Positions 51,065-61,142 of a stretch of DNA of 64,000 nt are shown one piece after another. Every line of letters begins with the position of its first letter. The stretch's first letter is position 1. The translations under genes and the position numbers were made by a program. The notes under the pieces were generated by a model. That model worked only from the letters and a program-made list of their open reading frames with translations, searched no databases and had not been told where the DNA came from. The stretch is from an uncultured Actinomycetota bacterium (lineage in GTDB: Bacteria > Actinomycetota > Actinomycetes > JAFAQI01): contig CAVYQE010000010.1 of the NCBI GenBank assembly GCA_963770565.1, forward strand, positions 161,822 through 225,821. Reading direction: 5' to 3'.

Positions 51065-52343
51065 GCGCCCGTACGCCGAAATGCAGTCCGTCGATCGGCA
51101 CCCGCTCGTCGATGCCGTGGAACAACCCCATGAAGTCGAGGTCCGCCGGCAGCTGCAACGGCGAGAAGCCGAAGCCGCGAATCCCCAGCTCCGAGAACGC
51201 CTTCGCGTCGGTGCCGCCCGACATGCAGTACGGCACGACCCGGCCGTCGGGGTCCTCGGCGAGAATCGCCGCAGTCATCGCCGCGACCAGGTCGCCGTCG
51301 AATCCGGTCTCGAGCGCGATCTGCCGTTGCACGATCTCGATCGCGACCTCGGGGCCGACCAGCCGAGCGATCTCGGCCATGAACGCGTCCTCGCCACCCG
51401 GCAGGAACCGGCCGTCGAGGTAGGCGTGCGCCTCACCCGGAATGACGTTCTGTTTGTAGCCGGCGTCGAGCATCGTCGGGTTCACCGTGTGCCGGACGGT
51501 CGCGCCGATCATCTTCGCCAGCGGCCCGAGCTTGTCGAGCACGCTCTCGATATCGTCCTCGGCGAACGGGATGTCCAGCGCGTCGCAGATCTCACGAAGG
51601 AACTGCTTGACCGTGTCCGACAGCTCGATCGGGAAGCTGTGCCGGCCGACCCGCGCGACCGCTTCCGCGAGCGTTGTCACGGCGTTGTCGTCGTTGAGCA
51701 TCGACCCGTGTCCTGCCCGCCCCTTGGCGACGAGACGCAGCCAGGCGATGCCCTTCTCCGCGGTCTGGATCGCATACAGCCGCTGGCCGCCGATCGTCAT
51801 CGAGTAGCCGCCGACCTCGCTGACTGCCTCGGTGCACCCCTCGAAGAGTTCCCGGTGGCGGTCGACCAGGAAGTGCGCGCCGTACAAGCCGCCGGCCTCC
51901 TCGTCGGCGACGAAGGCGAGCACGATGTCGCGCGGCGGGCGCTTGCCTTGACGCACCCAGTCGCGCAGGACGGCGAGCACCATCGCGTCCATGTCCTTCA
52001 TGTCGACGGCGCCGCGGCCCCAGATGCAGCCGTCGCGGACCTCGGCCGCGAACGGGTCGACCTGCCAGTCGTCGGCATTCGCCGGTACGACGTCGAGGTG
52101 GCCGTGGATCAGCAGCGGGTCGCGCTTCGGGTCGGTGCCCGACCACCGCGCGATGACACTGGCGCGTCCAGGTGACGACTCGAAGATCTCGGGCTGCAGG
52201 CCCGCGTCGGACAGCTGGAGTCCGACCCACTCTGCAGCCTTGCGCTCGTTGCTGGTCGGGTTGGACGAGTCGATCTGGATCAGTGACCGGCACAGCTGGA
52301 CGACGTCGTCGTTCGCCCGGTCGGTCAGGCCGGCGTCGCTCAT
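51039..52343 (-). CDS. M20/M25/M40 family metallopeptidase
   Basis: HGHLDVVP, WGRGAVDMK, ADEEAGG, GHGS, GGTD, HGIDER. Confidence 0.94.
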   Translation of the reverse strand: MSDAGLTDRANDDVVQLCRSLIQIDSSNPTSNERKAAEWVGLQLSDAGLQPEIFESSPGRASVIARWSGTDPKRDPLLIHGHLDVVPANADDWQVDPFAAEVRDGCIWGRGAVDMKDMDAMVLAVLRDWVRQGKRPPRDIVLAFVADEEAGGLYGAHFLVDRHRELFEGCTEAVSEVGGYSMTIGGQRLYAIQTAEKGIAWLRLVAKGRAGHGSMLNDDNAVTTLAEAVARVGRHSFPIELSDTVKQFLREICDALDIPFAEDDIESVLDKLGPLAKMIGATVRHTVNPTMLDAGYKQNVIPGEAHAYLDGRFLPGGEDAFMAEIARLVGPEVAIEIVQRQIALETGFDGDLVAAMTAAILAEDPDGRVVPYCMSGGTDAKAFSELGIRGFGFSPLQLPADLDFMGLFHGIDERVPIDGLHFGVRALSRFLSTC

Positions 52344-52476
52344 GAGGTGCCCGCCGATCGCGAGTCGGCGGTGGCGGAGCGATGCATCAGGCACCCCTTT
52401 CGACCGGTTGTTGTCGCGTGCACCGTACCCGGCCCGCGGTGACGCCGAACTCAGCTGCTGGCCGACCCGCGGGTGC

Positions 52477-53718
52477 TCAATGCGAGCTCATGCCGCCGAA
52501 GCCACCTATGCCACTTGTTCCACCCTGGACGCCACCCGTGCCGCCGAGTCCACCTATCCCGCTGAGTCCACCAATCCCGCCGAGCCCGCCGAGCAGGCCA
52601 CCCAGGGCGCCGGGACCGTGACCGTGACCGCCGAGCAGGCTGGCCAAGCTGAGCAGGCCGAACGCGTCGACCGCGACCGCGCCGGACGGCGCCGCAATCG
52701 CCACGCCGGACCTGGAGATGAGCAGTTCGAGCGGGAGGTCGATGTTCTTGCGCGGGGCGTACTGACCGAGGTTGAGGCTCAGCTCGGACAGGGCCCCCTG
52801 CACGACATCGGCGGACAACGTGACCGTCCGCGGCACTGCCCGGGAAGGCATCTGGCGGGGCGCCTCACCGACATTCACCCGAGCCCGCCGCGGCAGGACG
52901 AGGCCACGGGCCGCGCGGAAGCGGCCGATCAACCCGGAAGCAATGCCTTGCGGGCTCGCGGTGAGTGCCAACCGGTCGACCCGTCCGGCGCTCAGCCGGG
53001 TCACCTTCACGTCGTGGGTCAGCAGGCTCTGCAGCTCCCCGAGGATCTTCGCCGGCGAGGTGGACGGACTCACTGAGGGGCTGGGAGCCGGTGAGGCACC
53101 GAGGCCCCCGCTGCCCAGCGAACGAAGCAGGCTGAGAGTCGCGTCCGGCAGCGAGACCCACTTGCCGTCCAGATACGCCTGGACGAACGACGGCAGGCTG
53201 GACGCCTTCGCCTCCAGCGCCGCGTATCGACTGCTTTGCCCGACCGCGGCCAGCAGGTCCTTCACGTCGGCCTGGGCGTACAGGGTCTGGTCGACGTGCC
53301 GGATCGCGAAGTACGTCGTGGCACCGGAGCTGACCGTGAGGTTGAACGATGCCGCGTCCGCGGTCGAACCGAGGTCGCCGATCGTCTTCCCGTGCGGTGC
53401 GACCGCTTCAAGCGTCACCTGGAGGCCGGCGAGGTCAGCGACCTGCGCGGGTGTGAGGGTGGCGCCGAGCGATTGCAGGATCGGGCCGAGCAGCGCGTCC
53501 GTCGTACCGAGCTTCAGCGTGGTCGTGAGCGCCCGGCCCTTGCCGAGGGCCGCAACGGCGGAGGTCAGCTCGGCGGAGGGTGACAGCGCGGAGTTGTTCA
53601 CGCCACCCGGGCTGGCGATGACCGAGGCGGTGTCCGTCGCGTCGGCGCAACCGGCGATCAGCGCGGCGCTGCAGGCGAGCGCGAGCACCGGCGCCGCGAG
53701 CCTGCGTCGACCTGCCAT
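52477..53718 (-). CDS. Putative lipoprotein with Gly-rich C-terminal tail
   Basis: MAGRRR...LIAGC lipobox; tail of GGLGGIGG repeats. Confidence 0.75.
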   Translation of the reverse strand: MAGRRRLAAPVLALACSAALIAGCADATDTASVIASPGGVNNSALSPSAELTSAVAALGKGRALTTTLKLGTTDALLGPILQSLGATLTPAQVADLAGLQVTLEAVAPHGKTIGDLGSTADAASFNLTVSSGATTYFAIRHVDQTLYAQADVKDLLAAVGQSSRYAALEAKASSLPSFVQAYLDGKWVSLPDATLSLLRSLGSGGLGASPAPSPSVSPSTSPAKILGELQSLLTHDVKVTRLSAGRVDRLALTASPQGIASGLIGRFRAARGLVLPRRARVNVGEAPRQMPSRAVPRTVTLSADVVQGALSELSLNLGQYAPRKNIDLPLELLISRSGVAIAAPSGAVAVDAFGLLSLASLLGGHGHGPGALGGLLGGLGGIGGLSGIGGLGGTGGVQGGTSGIGGFGGMSSH

Positions 53719-53804
53719 CCGCGACCTTTCTCGTTCCAGCCCCGTCTTCGACGGTACTCGCCCGTTCACTACAGATCAGGGTCCGTTCGGCCGAATTTGA
53801 CCTG

Positions 53805-54893
53805 GTGAGACCCTTCACGCCGGTTCGACGTGCGCTCGTCGCGACGACGGCCGCGCTCGCTGCCGGCCTGATCGGCGCGGGCCCGCTGATGCTGACGGCC
53901 GCTCAGGCGGACACCTCCAGCCAGCTCAGCGCGCAGGTGCAGGCGCTGCTGACCAAGGTCCACAAGCTGCAGGCCGAAGCAACGGTCGCCGAGCGGCGCT
54001 ATGCGATGGCGTTCAACGCGGTCGAGAACAGCGTCAACGCCTCGATCACCGCCGACCAGACCAGCTCGCAGCTGGCCGGTGCCGCCGACACGGCACGGGC
54101 CTCGCTGGTCACCCGGATCCGGGCGTTGTATGAGTCCGGTGGGCAAGCCGCCGCCGACGCCACGCTCCTTACCTCCGGCGACATCACCGACCTGTATGAC
54201 CGCAACGAGCTCGTCTCGCGCGTCATCAACGCCCAGGTCTCGAGCGTGCACACCGCGGTCGCGCTGGCCCAGCAGGCGATGGTGACCGCCCGCGCAGATG
54301 CCAAGCGCGAGCACTTGAAGATCGGCACCGAACGGACCGTCGCGGCGGCCGCCGGTCAGGTCCAGTCGCTGCTCAACCAGGAGACCGCACTCCTGCGGCA
54401 CGCCAACAACAAGCTCGCTGCAGTGCGCAAGGCCGAAGCTGCGCTGGCCGCCGAGAGCTCGGCGTTCGGCTCGATCACCGCGCGCAGCATCGCCGGGTTG
54501 CACATCCTGCCGCCCTCGGCGGAGTACCTCTCGCTCTACCGCGGTGCCGCCACCACCTGCACCGGGCTGCCGTGGACAGTCCTCGCCGCGATCGGCCAGG
54601 TTGAGAGCGGCCACGGCCGCAACGACTCGACCTCGTCGGCCGGAGCGATGGGCCCGATGCAGTTCATGCCGGCCACCTTCGCGGCGTACGCGGTCGACGG
54701 CGACCACGACGGCATCAAGTCGATCATGGACCCGGCGGACGCGATCTACACCGCCGCCCACTACCTGTGCGCAAACGGTGCCGGGCGCAGCCCGTCGGCT
54801 CTCAGCGGCGCGATCCTGCACTACAACCACGCAGAGTGGTACGTCGAGATGGTGCTGAAGCTCGCGACCATGTACGCGTCGACGTACTCCTGA
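53805..54893 (+). CDS. Secreted coiled-coil lytic transglycosylase (SLT-like)
   Basis: Signal peptide (AQA), coiled coil, LAAIGQVES.HG, SSAGAMGPMQFMPAT, HYN...WYV. Confidence 0.9.
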   Translation: MRPFTPVRRALVATTAALAAGLIGAGPLMLTAAQADTSSQLSAQVQALLTKVHKLQAEATVAERRYAMAFNAVENSVNASITADQTSSQLAGAADTARASLVTRIRALYESGGQAAADATLLTSGDITDLYDRNELVSRVINAQVSSVHTAVALAQQAMVTARADAKREHLKIGTERTVAAAAGQVQSLLNQETALLRHANNKLAAVRKAEAALAAESSAFGSITARSIAGLHILPPSAEYLSLYRGAATTCTGLPWTVLAAIGQVESGHGRNDSTSSAGAMGPMQFMPATFAAYAVDGDHDGIKSIMDPADAIYTAAHYLCANGAGRSPSALSGAILHYNHAEWYVEMVLKLATMYASTYS

Positions 54894-54955
54894 GCCATCC
54901 CTGCTCTTGTAGACTCGCCGGGCCGATCGCCGGATGAACCCAGCCGGTCGGCCAC

Positions 54956-55040
54956 GTCGGAGTGGCGGAATGGCAGACGCGCTAGCTTGAGGTGCTAGTG
55001 CCCTCTTATGGGCGTGGGGGTTCAAGTCCCCCCTCCGACA
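54956..55040 (+). tRNA. tRNA-Leu (anticodon GAG)
   Basis: Acceptor GTCGGAG/CTCCGAC, anticodon arm CTAGC-TTGAGGT-GCTAG, long variable arm, T arm GGGGG-TTCAAGT-CCCCC; CCA not encoded. Confidence 0.97.
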
Positions 55041-56698
55041 CGCTCGAGTTCCACGGGGCTCAGTGTGGAGCTGAGTTTCAGGTGCTCCGAGGCACGGGCT
55101 CGCCGGTAGGTGATGGTTAGGCCTAACGCCTGGTAGAGCGCGGCCCGCTCGGCTTGTTCAATGCTGTCAAGCATTTTGGGTACTTCGGCGAGCGTGGAGA
55201 GCGTCTCGATGACCTCGTCGAGGGTGAGCGGTGTGAGTGGTGGTGGCGCGCTCGCAAGTATCGCTTCCGCCAGAGCCTTCTCGCGTTGAGCGGCGGCGAT
55301 TCGGGTCGCGATGACCTCTACCGCGATACCGGCTTCCAGTCCGTCGAGGTACTTCGCGAGCCTACGGTTACATTCCACGACAGTGGCCCGGGCGTGGGCG
55401 ATCGCGGGGTCTTTTCGCTTGTCCTGCTCGTCGGCTCGGACGATCTCTCTCGCAGTGGCCTCGATCCGGTCGAGAGCGAACACTTGCGACAGCCAGCTAT
55501 CGACGTGCGGCAGGAGGCGGTCCTCGCGTACGCACAGGCTGCGCGGGTGGTTGTTTGCGGGTAATGGGTAATCGCCGCTGAGGAGGCAGCGGTAGAAGGC
55601 GTGACCGCGTGCCGTGTTGCCCTGGAGCTTTCGACGGCAGGAGTCGCAGATCACGAGGCCGGTGAGGGGGTAGCGGGACAGGTCGGCACGCCGTCCGCTC
55701 GAGCGTGGCGACCTCGACGTGCCGGTGTTATGACGTGTGTTTGCGGCGATGAGCTCCTGCACTCGATTCCACGTCGTATCGTCCACGATCGCCTCGTGGG
55801 ACTGTGTGGCGGCGGTGACCCACTCGGCGCGGTTTTGCCACTTCTGGCGGGTGACATGGCCAAGCGCCGGAATGTCCGGGTTAAGCAGGACGTCAGTTTT
55901 CTTGGTACGGCCCGAGACGTGGTAGCCGCGGTAGCGCGGGTTCGAGAGAATGGTCCGAACGACGGACATCGCCCAGGCGTGGCCAGGGCGATGGGAGTTC
56001 CTGGCCCGATCGTGTGCGGATGGGCACGGGATGCCCTCGGTCGTTAACGTCGCGGCGATCTGCTTGTAGCCCGCCCCAGCAAGGTACAGCTGGTAAATGC
56101 GCTGCACGACCGGCGCCGTCTCAGGATCCACCTCCAGTTGGTGTAATCGTGCGCCGGACGCCGCCTTCGATGCGACCGGATGTGGACCGATATCGCCGAT
56201 CCGGTAGCCGTAGGGCGGCCGGCCGCCTAGCCAACGACCGGCCTGCGCGTGCGCCCGCACGGCATTGGCTACCCGTAACCGGGTGCGATTGCGCTCCGCC
56301 CGGCTCATCGTGCCGTAGTTCGCCAGACACATGTAGTGGCCGTCGTTGTTGATGTCCACCGGCCCACCTAGCTCAGGAACCCACAGTGCTACGCCGTAGT
56401 GGGCGAACTGAAACAAGATGCCTTCGAACTGCGTGCCGGAAAATGCGCGCTGCGGCTCTGCAATGACCAGGGCGTCCCATCCCCGGTCGGGATTCTTCAA
56501 GTCACGCAGGATTCGTGACGCCTCGGGCCGTCGGTCCCACGGCAGGCTCCGGCTCTTGTCAATGTCGTGGTAGGTGGCGACGATCTCCCCGTAACACGCG
56601 ATCAGGCGGCTGGCCGTGTCAGATTGCCATCGCAGGCTGTCGGCAGGGTCCTGTAGGTCATCGGTCGAGGTGCGGGCGCTGAGGGCAAATCGAATCAT
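55022..56698 (-). CDS. Large serine recombinase (integrase)
   Basis: ARTS catalytic motif, GRWLGGRPPYGY, ILSNPRYRG, HEAIVD, LTGLVICDSC Zn ribbon, coiled coil. Confidence 0.93.
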   Translation of the reverse strand: MIRFALSARTSTDDLQDPADSLRWQSDTASRLIACYGEIVATYHDIDKSRSLPWDRRPEASRILRDLKNPDRGWDALVIAEPQRAFSGTQFEGILFQFAHYGVALWVPELGGPVDINNDGHYMCLANYGTMSRAERNRTRLRVANAVRAHAQAGRWLGGRPPYGYRIGDIGPHPVASKAASGARLHQLEVDPETAPVVQRIYQLYLAGAGYKQIAATLTTEGIPCPSAHDRARNSHRPGHAWAMSVVRTILSNPRYRGYHVSGRTKKTDVLLNPDIPALGHVTRQKWQNRAEWVTAATQSHEAIVDDTTWNRVQELIAANTRHNTGTSRSPRSSGRRADLSRYPLTGLVICDSCRRKLQGNTARGHAFYRCLLSGDYPLPANNHPRSLCVREDRLLPHVDSWLSQVFALDRIEATAREIVRADEQDKRKDPAIAHARATVVECNRRLAKYLDGLEAGIAVEVIATRIAAAQREKALAEAILASAPPPLTPLTLDEVIETLSTLAEVPKMLDSIEQAERAALYQALGLTITYRRARASEHLKLSSTLSPVELERVGGGT

Positions 56699-56895
56699 GA
56701 TGCCTCACGGCTCTGGGTTGCTCGCAAAGCCCGAACAATGCGGGCGAGCGCGGCAGCCACGGTTGGAGTCACCACAGGTATCGCGTCCGTCTCGAAACGA
56801 AGCGGTCTGCGGTGGTCCGCGATCGACGCGTTCCGATTTAGTACCGTATCGCGGCGATCTCCGTTAGCGGTGGCATCCCGCGCAGCGGTCTTCAT
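56695..56895 (-). CDS. 66-aa protein translationally coupled to both relaxase and integrase
   Basis: ATGA overlaps at both ends; C-terminal helix TPTVAAALARIVRAL. Confidence 0.6.
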   Translation of the reverse strand: MKTAARDATANGDRRDTVLNRNASIADHRRPLRFETDAIPVVTPTVAAALARIVRALRATQSREAS

Positions 56896-59800
56896 CGGTC
56901 ACGTTCCATCGACCGGTCGGCGGATCGTTCGTGGTACCGGATGGCTTCGACGGCGAGTCGGTCGTTGTCGCGGTCACGCCGCCGGGTGCCGGGGGGTGGG
57001 GTGATTGTTTGGGGCCAGTCTTGGGCGAGCCGGTAGAGCAGGGCTCGGGCTGGGTGCTGGTCGGGTAGTGGCTGGTTGTCGTTGATGAGTGCGGGGAGGC
57101 GGGCTGGGGTGTTGTAGCCGGTGTGGGCGGCTCGGGTGAGGGCGCGGATGAGCCAGGGGCAGCTGGGGTCGGTGGTGATCCGCGGGTCGAGCTCGCGCAG
57201 CAGTTTGGTCCAGTCGTGTGGCTGGTAGGCGATGGTGGCGACGGCTTGGACTCGCTGGTGGAGGTGTTCGCGGTAGCCGGGTGCGGTGCTCTGGTCGGGC
57301 CCGGTGGGGTCGGGGTGGTCGGGGTCGCAGCCGGTCGCGGCGCGCCAGATCGCGAGCTCGCGGGCGAGGGTCCGGTCGTTGAGCCGGAGGTGGTCGGCCC
57401 AGTCTTCGTCGGGCAGGGTGCTGGGGTGGATGCGGGCGGCGGCGGTGGTGACGAGCTGGTGGCGCTGCTGCAGGTAGCGGGCCCATTCATCGCCGGTGGT
57501 GTCGGGCAGGGCGGGCAGCCATGGCAGGGGTCGCGGTTCTCCTCCGGGCTCGCCACCGGCCATCGCGACGGCTTCGAGGTAGCGGTCGACCGCGCGGCGC
57601 AGCACGGTGGCGGGGTCGATGTCGGCCTGGTGCTGGCTGGTGGCGGAGGCCCGGTCGGGGTCACGGGCCAGGATCCGTTCAAGGACGTCGATGCTGGTCG
57701 GTGGCACGAGGGCGTCGGGGGTGGTGGGGTCCAGCGGTGCGGTGATGTCGAGGTAGAGGTGGTTCGCGTCCCGGCCGCGGGTCATCGCGACGTAGAGGTC
57801 GCGGTGGTTCTCCCGCCCGGTGAGCACGGTGTGGGCGGTGTCAGCGGTGCGGCCTTGCGCGAGGTGGATGGTGGTGGCGTACCCGAGCTGCACGTGGTCG
57901 CAGACGTAGCCGGCGGGCAGGGTGATGGTGCGCCGCGTGACGAGGTGCCGGACCTGCAGCGAGCCGTCAGATGTGACAGTGTGGATCTGCCAGCGGTCCC
58001 CGTTCTTCACCCAATCGGTCGAGCTGAGGGCCAGTTGCCGGTTATTGCGGCGGGTCACGATCAGATCCCCGGCACTGGCCCGGGTGCCGTCGTGCAGCAC
58101 GACTTCCGGGCCGGTGGGCTGCCCGTCGACGCGATGACCGCGGGCGCGGACGTTCAGCTCGCGGACGGTGGTGTTGGTGGCTGCAAGCAGGACCACCTCC
58201 CGGCCCGCAGCACGGTCCGCGGCCCACGCGGTGAAGGCCTGGGCGAGGGTGGTGGTGCGGTCGGCGGCGTGGATCCGGTCATGGTCGAGGTAGTAGCCGA
58301 ACGCGATCGGGTCCCCGACCCGCAACGCGAGCGACGCGTACCCTTCGACCGGATCAGCGAACCGGACCGGCGCGTCCAGGGTCGCGACCGGATAGGTCCG
58401 GGCGATGTCGCGGAGGACACCGCCGCTGGCGATCGCGGCGAGCTGGCGGGTGTCCCCGACCAGCCGCACGCTACCGCCATGGTCGAGGACGTGGCCGACG
58501 ACGCGGTCCAGGTCGAACGTGCCCGCCATCCCGGCCTCGTCGATCACCACCAGCGTGCCCTCGTCGATCCCGGCCAGGGCCGGGGCCGGGGTGTTGGTGT
58601 CGAGGCCGTGGAGCAGCTTCGCGATCGTGTCCACCTCCCCGCCGAGGGCGGCGCGCAGCTCCGCGGCGGCGACCGCGGACGGCGCCAACCCGATCACCGT
58701 GCCGCCACTGTCACGCCATGCGCCGGCGAGCGCGCCGAGCGCCGTGGTCTTCCCGGTCCCCGCAGGGGCGAGCGCGAGCTGGACCCGTCGCCCGGAGCTG
58801 GCGAGGTCGCGGACGAGCTGCTCTTGCGCCGGGTTCAACCCCCGACCGCTGACCCGGGCTTCGAGCAGCGACAGCTCGACCAGCCCGGCCGGCACCGTCA
58901 CCCCGTCGGTGAGGTCGGCGGCGGCGAGCAGCCGGGACTCGGCCGCGAGGACAGCGGGGGTGGTGTAGAGCTGGGAACCGGCGACACTGAACACACTCGC
59001 CCCGTCCAGGCGCCGCAACCCGGCCGGCTCGGCGATCCCGTCATGCTGGCTGCCGAGCGGGATCGACACCGCCGGCGACGACGCCTCATCCACAGCCCGT
59101 TGCACGGCGAGGTCGAGCTCGGCGAGCGGGATCCGGTCGGTGCGGGCGAGCCGTTCGACCTCGGCGCGCACGTGATGGATCTGCCAGGTCGCCCGTGACG
59201 ACGACACCGTCGCGACCGCCTCGCGTGCCGCACGCTCGGGCCAGTCCCGGTCCATCGCCCGGGTCGGGGTGGCGCGCCCGGTCACCGAGGCGAGCATCAC
59301 CTCGAGGCGCTGCTCATCACCGAGGATCGCGACGGCCTGGGCCCGCCACGCGGTGCGTTGCTCGGCGAGGGACCGCGGCCCGGGTTTCGCCGGGCGGGTC
59401 ATCAGGTTGGCCTGGTCGAACAGGTCATGGGTTTCCCCGGCGTCCGGCGCCCGACCGTGGGTCCGGGTGAACTGCGCGGCCAGCTCGCCGTGGCGGTCGA
59501 GGATCGCGCGGCGGCGCGCCGAGAACACCTCGAGCAGGTCCGGGTCGATCCCGGTGATCTCCCGCACCGCACGCTTCCCCCGGCCGGTCGTCCGGTCGGT
59601 GAAGGTGACCCCGAGCCGGTCAACGAGCTGCGCTTCAAGGCGGGTGTTGTACCGCTCGGACGCAGCGACCGCCGCCTTGTGCAAAACCCGGCCGTCCAAC
59701 GCCCGCCACCGACCATCAGGCGTTTGGACTTTGTTGGAGATCGCGACATGGGTGTGCAGGTCCGGATCCCCAGTCCGGGAATCCCGGTGGGTGAACGCGA

Positions 59801-60524
59801 CCGCCACCAGTCCGGTCACGTCGACCTGACGGATCCCGTTACGACCGAGCCGGGTGAACACCGCGGTGTCCTCCAACCAGCCGAGCACATCGCGGACCGC
59901 AGCGTCATGCGCCGCCTGCACCTGAGCTGCCACGACCGGGTCGGCCAGCGCCCAGAGCGCCGACACACTCTTCACCGGAGAGAACGTCAAGTCATAGCCC
60001 GCGATCGACGACCCCCCGCGGCGGGGGCCCACCGTGGCCAGGAAATCGGTCAGCTCGCGGGTGTCCGGGACCCGGCCGTGCGCCTCGATGAACCACTCAG
60101 CACCCAGCTCACTGCGCAACCGGGCCCGGGTTCCGGCATCGACCGGCGCCGCCGGTGGCAGCCCCACACTCGTGTTGTGCGCGGCGACCCGCTCGGTGAA
60201 CTCGCGGGCGAACCGTGTGCCGGCCGGCCGGACCGTGAACGGCGCGCCCAGCGGGATGTCCTTGTGGTTGGGGTGCTGGCCATGACCGAACAGCGCCACC
60301 ATCTGCCCCTCACCGACCACCTCCCCCGCCAACGGACCACCGGCAAGACCAGCCAGGCCACGGCCCAGCCACACCCCGGGCGCCTCACCGCGCTCGGTGT
60401 AATAGGCGGCCAGGCTCGCCGATCGCGTCGCGCCATTGCCGGGTTCGGCGACCAGGTCATGGCGGGCCACGTGCCGGGTCAGGTAGGTGTAGCCGCTGCC
60501 CGCCGAGAGCTTGTGCAACGTCAT
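56892..60524 (-). CDS. MOB-F (TrwC/TraA-like) relaxase-helicase
   Basis: MTLHKLSAGSGYTYL, AAYY, G.WLG.G, YDLTFSPVKSVS, HRDSRTGDPDLHTH, APAGTGKT, DEAGM, GYATTIH.AQG.T. Confidence 0.95.
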   Translation of the reverse strand: MTLHKLSAGSGYTYLTRHVARHDLVAEPGNGATRSASLAAYYTERGEAPGVWLGRGLAGLAGGPLAGEVVGEGQMVALFGHGQHPNHKDIPLGAPFTVRPAGTRFAREFTERVAAHNTSVGLPPAAPVDAGTRARLRSELGAEWFIEAHGRVPDTRELTDFLATVGPRRGGSSIAGYDLTFSPVKSVSALWALADPVVAAQVQAAHDAAVRDVLGWLEDTAVFTRLGRNGIRQVDVTGLVAVAFTHRDSRTGDPDLHTHVAISNKVQTPDGRWRALDGRVLHKAAVAASERYNTRLEAQLVDRLGVTFTDRTTGRGKRAVREITGIDPDLLEVFSARRRAILDRHGELAAQFTRTHGRAPDAGETHDLFDQANLMTRPAKPGPRSLAEQRTAWRAQAVAILGDEQRLEVMLASVTGRATPTRAMDRDWPERAAREAVATVSSSRATWQIHHVRAEVERLARTDRIPLAELDLAVQRAVDEASSPAVSIPLGSQHDGIAEPAGLRRLDGASVFSVAGSQLYTTPAVLAAESRLLAAADLTDGVTVPAGLVELSLLEARVSGRGLNPAQEQLVRDLASSGRRVQLALAPAGTGKTTALGALAGAWRDSGGTVIGLAPSAVAAAELRAALGGEVDTIAKLLHGLDTNTPAPALAGIDEGTLVVIDEAGMAGTFDLDRVVGHVLDHGGSVRLVGDTRQLAAIASGGVLRDIARTYPVATLDAPVRFADPVEGYASLALRVGDPIAFGYYLDHDRIHAADRTTTLAQAFTAWAADRAAGREVVLLAATNTTVRELNVRARGHRVDGQPTGPEVVLHDGTRASAGDLIVTRRNNRQLALSSTDWVKNGDRWQIHTVTSDGSLQVRHLVTRRTITLPAGYVCDHVQLGYATTIHLAQGRTADTAHTVLTGRENHRDLYVAMTRGRDANHLYLDITAPLDPTTPDALVPPTSIDVLERILARDPDRASATSQHQADIDPATVLRRAVDRYLEAVAMAGGEPGGEPRPLPWLPALPDTTGDEWARYLQQRHQLVTTAAARIHPSTLPDEDWADHLRLNDRTLARELAIWRAATGCDPDHPDPTGPDQSTAPGYREHLHQRVQAVATIAYQPHDWTKLLRELDPRITTDPSCPWLIRALTRAAHTGYNTPARLPALINDNQPLPDQHPARALLYRLAQDWPQTITPPPGTRRRDRDNDRLAVEAIRYHERSADRSMERDR

Positions 60525-61069
60525 CACCACCGACCATCCGCCCCCGCCGCGAGGGTCTCCTCGGGGCCGATTCGGGGCAGCCGGCAACCTCGCGCGACCC
60601 CTCGCAAGGGCCGCGCGCAACACCTGGTCGCACGGGTCGTCGTCATGACCGAGACCTTGGCGGGCGGGCGCACCAAAACCGTCACCACGACCACACCGGC
60701 GCGCAACCATCCAGCCGCGGTGCGCACCACAAACGTCACCGAAAACGTCACCACGCGCGGCAGTCGGCATCGAGGCTCAGCGGCCGGCAGCCACCGGCGG
60801 CAGGTCAGCACGAGTGGGGCCGACGCACGGTCGAGCGGGGTCATGCGCCGCAGGATCCAGCGGCGTACCCCGAAACGTACCGGTCGGCGTACCGGTGAAC
60901 GTACCCCAGCAGGAAAGCTCGGCGGGGGGCGCCGCGAGATGACTTCATGCCGCCACGGTGCGCGGCAGGTGTCCCCCCGAACGTCCCCACCCGTCAGACC
61001 TGACAAGTCATGAGCGTGAGAACGAGTCCGGCCGGCAGCGCGCTGACACCGTCCGGCTGTTCGGTCTCG

Positions 61070-61106
61070 GCGTCCCCACACTCGTCACTGACAAGTGTGG
61101 GGACGC
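61070..61106. other. Candidate oriT hairpin
   Basis: Perfect 13-bp inverted repeat GCGTCCCCACACT/AGTGTGGGGACGC, upstream of the relaxase in a divergent region. Confidence 0.45.
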
Positions 61107-61142
61107 ACCACTTCCGTCTTAACCCGGTCCTACGCTAGGAAA

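Noticed and set aside
52830-52930. Arg-rich stretch in the lipoprotein suggesting compensating frameshifts
   Set aside because: The frame stays open and I cannot establish an alternative reading without homologs or reads.
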